Source of the DNA: an uncultured Actinomycetes bacterium
GTDB taxonomy: Bacteria > Actinomycetota > Thermoleophilia > UBA2241
Length of the DNA: 24,000 nt
Direction: 5' to 3'
NCBI GenBank assembly: GCA_963755025.1
Contig: CAVWIH010000011.1
Location: 65,074-89,073, forward strand
This document shows, one piece after another, positions 5,250-11,617 of this stretch (position 1 is the stretch's first letter; each line of letters begins with the position of its first letter). The position numbers and the translations under genes are program-made. A model generated the notes under the pieces. The model did not search any database, was not told the DNA's origin, and saw nothing but the letters and a program-made list of their open reading frames with translations.

Positions 5250-7498
5250 TCGGGATCCAGACAGAGCTGCCACGGTCGCCCGCGGCCGCCCGATTTGAGC
5301 ACGGTGATCTCGGGCCAACCGCAGCCGGGGCAGCTGGTCCCCTTGGCGATGATAGCACCCCGCTGAGGCAGCGGGAACGTCTGTCCGCAGCCGCGCCGCG
5401 GCCGCGTGCCCTCGGGCGCCCCCTCGGGCACCTTGGCTTCGTCGCCCTCTTTGCCGACGCAGGCCACGAAGCGCTTGCCGGTCTTGCCGCGCAGCATGCG
5501 CAGCTCGCCGCCGCAGGTGGTGCACACGCCGAGCGTCATGTCTTCGCGCACGGCGCCCTTGATCTCGGTGCGGATGGCTTCGATGTGGCCCTCGAGCAGC
5601 TTGTGGGCCTCGGCCAGCAGCTCCTGGCTGTCGGCCACCACGCGCTCGCTGGGCAGGTCGCCCAGGGCGATGCGGTCCATCTCTTCTTCGAGCCGGGCGG
5701 TCATGTCGGACGAGGAGATGTCGAGCTGGCCGCTGGGCATGGCGGCGTCGAAGGCGCGGATGACGGCGATGCCGAGCTCGGTCGGCTCGACCGGGTTGTC
5801 GCGCACGTAGTTGCGGTCGTAGAGGTGCTGGATGATGTCGGCGCGCGTCGCCTTGGTGCCCAGGTCGAGCTCCTCCATCTTCTCGATCAGCGGGCCCTGG
5901 CCCGCAGCGCGAGGGCGGCTGCGTCTCCTTGGCGTCGAGGCGCACGCCGAGCACGGCCAGCACGTCGCCCACGGCGGCCTGCGGCAGGGGCCGCTCGCGG
6001 TCGGAGGTGTAGGGCTGCCAGGCGCGCAGGAAGCCGGGCTTGGCGATACGGCTGCCGCGCGCCACGAAGGGCTCGCTGCCGAGCTGCACGTCGAGGCGCT
6101 GGCCCTCGATGACGGCCGCCGGCAGCAGGGTGGCCAGGAAGCGCCGCACGACGAGGTCGTAGACGCGCGCCTGGTCGCCGCGCAGCTCGCCCCTGGGCAC
6201 GCCGACCGGGTAGATCGGCGGATGGTCGGTGGTGCGCTTTTTGCCGCGGGTGGGCTTGAGCGTGGCCTGGGCGGCCAGCTCGGCGGCGATCTGCGACACC
6301 GGACCGTGGGCGGTCATGGTCTGCAGCACGGCGTGCAGGTCGAGCGAGGGCGGGTAGACCGTGTTGTCGGTGCGCGGGATAGCTGATGAGGCCGTCGAGG
6401 TACAGCGATTCGGCCGCCTTCATGGCCCGCGAGGGGGCGATGCCGGCGCCCGAGGCGGCGCTCATGAGCGCCGTGGTGTTGAACGGCGCCGGCGGCGCCA
6501 GCGAGCGGGGCGTCGTTGCGTAGGCGGTCACCTCGGCGGTGTCGGCCTGGGCGCCGGCCAGGGCGGCTTCGGCGGCGTCGGCCGCGGCGAAGCGGCCCTT
6601 GGCGTGCTCGACCGTGAAGCGCTCGCCGCTGGCGGCTTCGAGCTCGGCCTTGATCTCCCAGTAGGGCACCGGCACGAAGGCGCGGCGCTCGAGCTCGCGG
6701 TCGACGACGAGACGCAGGGTGGGCGTCTGCACGCGGCCGATCGACAGGTAGTCGGAGCCGTAGCGGTAGCTCGCCAGCGACATGAAGCGGGTGAGCACGG
6801 CGCCCCAGATGAGGTCGATGTCCTGCCGCGTGTGGGCCGCGTCGGCGAGCTTGAAGTCGAGCGTGTCGAGCTTGGAGAAGGCGCGCTTGACCTCGTCGGG
6901 CGTGAGCGCCGAGTAGCGCGCCCGATGATGGCGGTCGACGATCGCCGGGGGCCACCGCCGCCTTGAGGCGCACGGCGCCGTCGTCGCCGTCGAGCTCGAC
7001 CGGCGGCGGCGGGCGGCGTGGGCTTGGCGCGGGCGGCGGCCGCCGTGCCCTTCTTGGCGCGCTGGCCGGCTTTTCGGGCTTGTCGTGAGGGTGGTGGCGC
7101 AGGGCGTCGCCGCGCAAGATGCGCAGCGCCTCTTCGCCGATCAGCTCGCCCTCGCGGTCGAAGTCGGTGGCCACGATGATCTCGGTGGCGCCCTTGGCCA
7201 CGGTGCGCAGCGCCGCCACGGTCGAGGCGCTGGCGCCGTCGACCACCCAGGCGAGGTCGGGCTCGCGGATCATCTGGTCGAGATACTTGAGGCTCCAGCG
7301 CCGGTAGGTGTTGGGGAAGGTCGTCTCCATGACGTGGCCGCGCAGCCCGACCGACACGGTGGGCTTGCCTTCCCACTCGAACGAGTACGACTTGACGCGC
7401 TGGCGGCCGCGGCCGTGCTCTTTGACCTCGACGTTGCCGCCCAGGATCTGGGCGATCTTCTGCGCGGCCGAGTCTTTTTCGGTGACGATGAGTCTCAC
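5207..7498 (-). pseudogene. topA: type IA DNA topoisomerase (TopoIII/archaeal-TopA-like), split over four reading frames as written
   Basis: GTG 7498: MRLIVTEKDSAAQKIAQILGG...IVATDFDREGELIGEEAL (Toprim DxD). Then RARYSALTPDEVKRAF...IGRVQTPTL. Then ESLYLDGLISYP|RTDNTVYPPSLD (active-site Tyr motif). Then ETQPPSRCG|QGPLIEKMEELDLGTKATRADIIQHLYDRNYV, followed by C-terminal Cys4 zinc ribbons (CTTCGGEL..., CPGCGWPE...CLDPDCP). The pieces lie in track ORFs 6314..7498, 5887..6798, 4416..6329 and 5207..5878. Confidence 0.85.
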
Positions 7499-7512
7499 GG
7501 GCAGGGTCCGTC

Positions 7513-7593
7513 CTTGTCGTTTCTCGAAGTGAGCCTAGGAATCTTGTACCGCTAGGGTAGCCGACTTGTACCACCGTCACGGGCGACTTGTCG
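7513..7593. repeat. four copies of CTTGT(A)C(C/G) (minus strand GGTACAAG / CGACAAG) phased 30-22-22 bp, immediately upstream of the topA start
   Basis: cttgtcg at 7513..7519, cttgtacc at 7543..7550, cttgtacc at 7565..7572, cttgtcg at 7587..7593. Copies 3 and 4 share the extended cgaCTTGT. A regulatory role is inference only. Confidence 0.5.
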
Positions 7594-7622
7594 ATGGGGC
7601 GTGGCGCCTGCGGCGGCCTGGA

Positions 7623-7738
7623 CGCTCCACGTAATCAAGCTTGCCTGAGCGACGACGACGAAGTCTATCGGCGAACTAGGCGCTCCACGTAGTCAAGCCT
7701 GCCTGAGCGACGACGACGAAGTCAATCGGCGGTCTACG
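7623..7738. repeat. 58-bp imperfect tandem duplication (2 copies) in the intergenic region upstream of topA
   Basis: Copy 1, 7623..7680: cgctccacgtaatcaagcttgcctgagcgacgacgacgaagtctatcggcgaactagg. Copy 2, 7681..7738: cgctccacgtagtcaagcctgcctgagcgacgacgacgaagtcaatcggcggtctacg. A handful of mismatches, by eye. Confidence 0.85.
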
Positions 7739-7847
7739 GTATGCCCCGAAGCCGCCAACCTGTCACACGGACCGCTTGCGGCGGCCAGCGGCGAGGCGGC
7801 CGCGGACGGCCGGCGCGACCCGTTTCTGCGGGCCGGCGCGACCGGCG

Positions 7848-8192
7848 TTACAGGCCGGCGAGCGCCGCGTCGCGGGTGTCGAAGATGGTGAGCACCTTGT
7901 CGAGGCCGGTGATGTCGAGGATGCGCACGACCGGCCGCGAGCCGGCCACGATGGCCAGGCGACCTTCGCGTTCGCGCATGCGCTTGACGCCGCTGATGAT
8001 CACGCCGAGCGCCGTGGAGTCGATGAACGTCACCTGCGAGAGGTCGATCACGATGTCGTGCACCCCCGTTTCGATGAGGGCCACGAGGTCGTCTTTGAAG
8101 CGCGGCGCGGTGTACAGGTCGACCTCGCCGGACAGTTCGATCAGGCCGAGTCGCTCGGAGACCACGGTGCGTTCTGAGGTGAAGTCGGTCAT
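7848..8192 (-). CDS. STAS-domain anti-sigma-factor antagonist (SpoIIAA/RsbV-like)
   Basis: 114-aa track ORF: ...LIELSGEVDLYTAPRFKDDLVALIETGVHDIVIDLSQVTFIDSTALGVIISGVKRMREREGRLAIVAGSRPVVRILDITGLDKVLTIFDT. It has the typical F-(I/M)-D-S-(T/S)-(A/G)-LG phospho-acceptor region and the C-terminal ..I...GL...F.I motif. Confidence 0.85.
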   Translation of the reverse strand: MTDFTSERTVVSERLGLIELSGEVDLYTAPRFKDDLVALIETGVHDIVIDLSQVTFIDSTALGVIISGVKRMREREGRLAIVAGSRPVVRILDITGLDKVLTIFDTRDAALAGL

Positions 8193-8201
8193 CGTCTTCC
8201 T

Positions 8202-8207
8202 ATTCTA
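8202..8207 (-). promoter_or_regulatory. candidate -10 box (TAGAAT) for the STAS gene
   Basis: The only AT-rich patch in the 74-nt gap. The minus strand reads cacgaTAGAATAGGAAGacgATG. The box is so close to the ATG that the transcript would have a very short leader. No clear -35. Confidence 0.3.
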
Positions 8208-8266
8208 TCGTGCGTGACGGACGCGTGGCCGTCGGGTCGCGTGCCGTTGGCCGTGGCGAGCGGCTT

Positions 8267-8932
8267 TCAGGGCGTGGCGCTGGACGACGGCGACGGCGAC
8301 GCCGACGCCGCTGCCTTGAGCTGGGCGAGCTCGGTCTTGACCTGCGATGCGTACTGCGAGTTCGGGTCGTGCTTGAGGAACGCGGTGAAGGCCGCGATGG
8401 CGCCGGCCGTGTCGTTGGACAGCACGTCGGTCGAGGCGATGCCCAGGTACGGCGTGGCGTCGCTCGGCTGCAGCTTGAGCAGCTTGTGGTAGACGGCGAG
8501 CGCGCTCTTGTAGTCGACGAGCTCGGTGTAGATCTGGGCCTGGCTCTTGTAGGCGTTGATGCGCAGGCCGGCGGCCGCCGAGCCGAGCGCCGAGTCGGGC
8601 AGCGCGATGTAGCGCGAGTAGTAGGAGAGCGACGTGGTCAGGTCGTTGGTCTGCGCCTGGTCGGGCACGCCGGTCTGCACGCTGCCGCGCGTCTGGTAGG
8701 CCTGCGCCGCGCTGAGCAGGGCGACGGGGTCTTTGGGGCTCTTGGCCAGCGTGGCCGCGGCGGCCTTGATCTGCTTGTCGATGCCGCTGGTGCTGTTGGT
8801 GTTCGCCGCCTTGGTGCCGCAGCTCGAAGCGACTCCCGAATAGCCGAAGATCAGGAAGCCCCCCATGAGCACGGCCATGAAGCCGAAGATGATCTTCTGC
8901 CAGAACTTCACGCGTTGGCGGTTGAGAAGCAT
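8267..8932 (-). CDS. putative lipoprotein with TPR-like helical repeats
   Basis: In-frame ATG 8932..8930 within track ORF 8267..10642, with GGGAGAG upstream. Sequence MLLNRQRVKFWQKIIFGFMAVLMGGFLIFGYSGVASSCGTK shows a basic n-region, an h-region and a lipobox-like VASS-C. It continues with Ala/Tyr/Leu-rich repeats (AQAYQTRG.., SLSYYSRYIAL.., AYKSQAQIYTELVDYKSALAVYHKLLKLQP.., AIAAFTAFLKHDP) and a Ser/Pro tail. Confidence 0.6.
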   Translation of the reverse strand: MLLNRQRVKFWQKIIFGFMAVLMGGFLIFGYSGVASSCGTKAANTNSTSGIDKQIKAAAATLAKSPKDPVALLSAAQAYQTRGSVQTGVPDQAQTNDLTTSLSYYSRYIALPDSALGSAAAGLRINAYKSQAQIYTELVDYKSALAVYHKLLKLQPSDATPYLGIASTDVLSNDTAGAIAAFTAFLKHDPNSQYASQVKTELAQLKAAASASPSPSSSATP

Positions 8933-10365
8933 CAGCTCTCCCTCTGGTCTGTCGCTGTCGGTGAATGCCACCAGCCGGATTCGGCGGCGCCGACCCGCAC
9001 CCTGCCCTCGGCCATGCGGGCCTGCAGCTTGCCGCGCACGCGGCGGCTTTCGGCGCGGATGGCCAGCCGGTCGAGTCGCAGGAAGTCGCCCTCGCGGTAG
9101 AGGGTCTCGCCGGCCACGCAGGTGAACAGCACGTCGTCTTGATTGGCGCCGTACACGAGCGCCGAGTAGGGATCGTCGATCGGCAGAAAGTGCGAGCTCG
9201 AGACGTCGACGGCGATGAGGTCGGCCTGTTTGCCGGGCTCGAGCGAGCCGACGCGGTCGTCGAGCCCCAGCGCCTCTGCCCCGCCGAGCGTGGCGATACG
9301 GACGCACTGCGCGGCGTTCAGCACGCGCACGTCGCGTTCGACGCCGCGGTGCAGGAACAGGGCAGTGCGCATCTCGTCGAACATGTCCATGATGTTGCTG
9401 GCCGCCGGGCTGTCGGTGCCGAACCCGACGCGCACGCCCTGGCGCAGCAGATCGGGCAGCGGCGCTATGCCGCAGCCCGTCTTGGCGTTGCTCTTGGGGC
9501 AGTGGGCCACGGCCGCCCGCTTGGCCTTGAGTATGCGGATGTCGTCGTGGCTGGCGTGCACGCAGTGCACCGCCAGGAAGTTCTCGTCGAACACGCCGAA
9601 CTGCTGCAGGTACTTGATGGGGCTCACGCCGTAGGGCTGGATGAGCATGCGCTCCCAGCCCATCTTCTCGCGGTAGTCGTGGGCGAACTTGCCCGAGCCC
9701 GAGCGTATGTAGGTGACCTCTTCTTTGCTCTCGGCGACGTGGCTGGCGACCTTCATGTGGCGCTCGCGGGCGAAGCCGGCGAGGGTCTGGAAGAGGCGGC
9801 TCGAGACGGTGTAGGGCGCGTGCGGCGCTATGCCTATCTCGAGGCGCGGGCCGGCCAGTTCCTGGGCGCGGGTGAGGCGCTCGCTCAGGTCGGCGATAGT
9901 CTCGTCTAAGCGCTTGTCGTCGATGCCGAAGACCTCGAGGTAGGCCACGCCGCGCAGGCCGGCCTGGGCCGAGGCGGTGAGGGTCTCGCCGGTGTAGGTG
10001 GTGTCGGCGATCGTGGTGACCCCCGAGGCGAGGGCTTCGAGGGCGCCCAGCCGGGCGCTCGCCAGGTATTCGTCGGGCGTGAGCGAGGCCTTGACGTCGA
10101 TCAGGCTGATGATCCAGTCGCCGAACTGCTCGTCGTCGAACATGCCGCGAAAGCTGGTGTACTCGAGGTGGCTGTGGGCGTTGACGAAGCCCGGCATGAG
10201 CACGGACTGGTCGAAGTCGACCAGATCGGCGCCGGGGCAGGCGGCGCGCACGTCGTCGAGCGGGCCGACCGCGACGATACGTTCGTCGTCGACCGCCACC
10301 GCGCCGTTCCTGACCGGCGGGGCGGTGATGGGCAGGAGCCATTCGGCCCGATAGATCGTGGTCAT
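8932..10365 (-). CDS. metal-dependent amidohydrolase, nucleoside/nucleobase deaminase-like (MtaD/SsnA/chlorohydrolase group)
   Basis: Track ORF 8932..10509 trimmed to ATG 10365 (MTTIYRAEWLLPITAPPVRNGAVAVDDERIVAVG). Motifs: PGFVNAHSHLEY (HxH), VASHVAES, LAVHCVH, GFGTDSPAS (Asp in the TD motif). Its TGA overlaps the downstream ATG by 1 nt (TGATG). Substrate cannot be assigned from sequence alone. Confidence 0.8.
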   Translation of the reverse strand: MTTIYRAEWLLPITAPPVRNGAVAVDDERIVAVGPLDDVRAACPGADLVDFDQSVLMPGFVNAHSHLEYTSFRGMFDDEQFGDWIISLIDVKASLTPDEYLASARLGALEALASGVTTIADTTYTGETLTASAQAGLRGVAYLEVFGIDDKRLDETIADLSERLTRAQELAGPRLEIGIAPHAPYTVSSRLFQTLAGFARERHMKVASHVAESKEEVTYIRSGSGKFAHDYREKMGWERMLIQPYGVSPIKYLQQFGVFDENFLAVHCVHASHDDIRILKAKRAAVAHCPKSNAKTGCGIAPLPDLLRQGVRVGFGTDSPAASNIMDMFDEMRTALFLHRGVERDVRVLNAAQCVRIATLGGAEALGLDDRVGSLEPGKQADLIAVDVSSSHFLPIDDPYSALVYGANQDDVLFTCVAGETLYREGDFLRLDRLAIRAESRRVRGKLQARMAEGRVRVGAAESGWWHSPTATDQRES

Positions 10366-10545
10366 ATGACGCCGTCCGGAGCTGTAGCGGGTAACGAACG
10401 AAGAAATGGCCCGTGGCGCGCGCCCCGGACCACCAAACCGTGAGTATAGGCGATTGCTCGCGAGCCGCGCAATGAGGGCGGCCCGACGGCATGGACCGCC
10501 GTCGAGCACAGGCCGACGGTCCGCACGCCTGAGCGGCGCACGGAC

Positions 10546-10551
10546 TATAAT
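10546..10551 (+). promoter_or_regulatory. candidate -10 box (TATAAT) for the asp23-like operon
   Basis: A perfect TATAAT in a GC-rich divergent intergenic region, about 70 nt upstream of GTG 10623. The -35 is poor (gcacgc). A minus-strand TATACT (complement of 10443..10448) could serve the divergent amidohydrolase gene. Confidence 0.4.
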
Positions 10552-10622
10552 CGAACCACCGACCAGGGGGCCGGCTCGCCGCCGGCGCCCACACGCGATA
10601 GATCGGAAGGCGAGGGCCGCCC

Positions 10623-10970
10623 GTGACCGAGAACACCGACAAGAGCTACTCGCCCGAAGTCATCTCGACCTACGTGTGGGACGCGATCAAGGGCCTGCCC
10701 GGCCTCGCCGACCTGCACCGCAGCACGCTGCAGTCGCTCGGCGAACGCGTGCACTTCGAGCGCATGGGGCCTGTGCGCATCGACGAGCACGAAGGGCGTC
10801 GCGTGCTCGACCTGCACGTCGTGATCACCCCGGCGGCGCGGCTGCCCGAGCTGGTGCCGCAGATGCGCACCGCAGTGCGCTCGTACCTGCACAGCATGAC
10901 GGGCATCGACGTCGATGCCGTCGAGATCCACATCGACGACATCGTCTGGGAACCCACGACGGGCGCGTGA
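10623..10970 (+). CDS. Asp23/Gls24-family (alkaline shock / envelope stress) protein
   Basis: 115-aa track ORF MTENTDKSYSPEVISTYVWDAIKGLPGLADLH...VRIDEHEGRRVLDLHVVITPAARLPELVPQMRTAVRSYLHSMTGIDVDAVEIHIDDI. Typical Asp23 layout: I...A..A...V.GV, a V-x-V-D-L-x-V block, and a C-terminal V.V.V.DV-type block. Confidence 0.8.
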   Translation: MTENTDKSYSPEVISTYVWDAIKGLPGLADLHRSTLQSLGERVHFERMGPVRIDEHEGRRVLDLHVVITPAARLPELVPQMRTAVRSYLHSMTGIDVDAVEIHIDDIVWEPTTGA

Positions 10971-11557
10971 ACTGCGTCGACCTGAGCGCGACCAGCCGCG
11001 AGCTGCTGCCCCCGGGTTGCGAGTCGTGCACGTGGTGGCAGCCGCAGCCCGGGGCGCCGCAGGCGCAGTCGCGCGCCGACTGGGAGGCCGCCGTCGAAGC
11101 CGAGGCCGGCATGTTCGGACGCGCGCTGCTCGACGGCCCCGACGTGCTCGGCTGGATGCAGGTGGTGCCGGCCGCCCTGGTGCGTGGCGGGCTGCCGACC
11201 GGCGCGCCCTCGCCCGACTCGTACCTTCTGGCCTGCGCCTTCTTTTACGACGAGGCCTTTCTGCCCGGCTTTCAGATGCTGCTGCAAGACGTCGTGGCGG
11301 CCGTGAAGCTGCGCCGCGTGGTGGCCCTCGAGGCCTACGGGCTGCGGCACACGAGCCCCGACCAGCGCTTCGTCGGGTACCTCCACGAGCTCAACCTCTT
11401 CAACGCTCACGTGTTGGAGGGCAGCGGCTTCTCGCGGCTGCGCACGTCGGGCCGGGTGGGCCGCTACCGCCTCGAGCTCGAGACCCTGGTGGCGGCGCCG
11501 CGGCGCAGCCGCGCCATCGAGCAGCCCAAGGCGGCGCCGGCGACGATCCCGGCGTAG
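10967..11557 (+). CDS. hypothetical protein (196 aa) with N-terminal C-x2-C-x-WW motif; possible acyltransferase-like fold
   Basis: In-frame GTG 10967 inside track ORF 10406..11557. It overlaps the Asp23 stop as GTGA. Sequence: VNCVDLSATSRELLPPGCESCTWWQPQ...GWMQVVPAAL...YLLACAFFYDEAFLPGFQMLLQDVVAAVKLRRVVALEAYG...VLEGSGFSRL. Protein-like composition, in contrast to the Arg-rich upstream part of the ORF. Family not recognised with confidence. Confidence 0.55.
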   Translation: MNCVDLSATSRELLPPGCESCTWWQPQPGAPQAQSRADWEAAVEAEAGMFGRALLDGPDVLGWMQVVPAALVRGGLPTGAPSPDSYLLACAFFYDEAFLPGFQMLLQDVVAAVKLRRVVALEAYGLRHTSPDQRFVGYLHELNLFNAHVLEGSGFSRLRTSGRVGRYRLELETLVAAPRRSRAIEQPKAAPATIPA

Positions 11558-11617
11558 CGGGCGGAGGGCGGCGACCAGGCGGGCGGCGCGGCGCGCCACG
11601 GCGCGGCCGCAGGCGGC

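Noticed and set aside
5890-6955. Programmed ribosomal frameshifting as an explanation for the topoisomerase frame switches.
   Set aside because: Three separate shifts in one gene occur at plain G/C runs. They lack slippery heptamers and downstream stimulatory structures, and similar +1 events occur in unrelated neighbouring genes. This fits indels far better than recoding.
7623-7738. Possible CRISPR array or mobile-element terminal repeat, suggested by the 58-bp repeats.
   Set aside because: Only two directly abutting copies are present, with no unique spacers. There are no cas genes, transposase or inverted terminal repeats nearby. It is a simple tandem duplication.
8933-10642. The upstream 570 codons of track ORF 8267..10642 (791 aa), and the N-terminal extensions of ORFs 451..1824, 1062..2048, 10406..11557, 22065..22919 and 17883..20987.
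   Set aside because: These extensions overlap neighbouring real genes or the tRNA in other frames and are compositionally junk. Internal start codons with RBS or stop-start coupling give proteins of normal size, so I trimmed to those starts.
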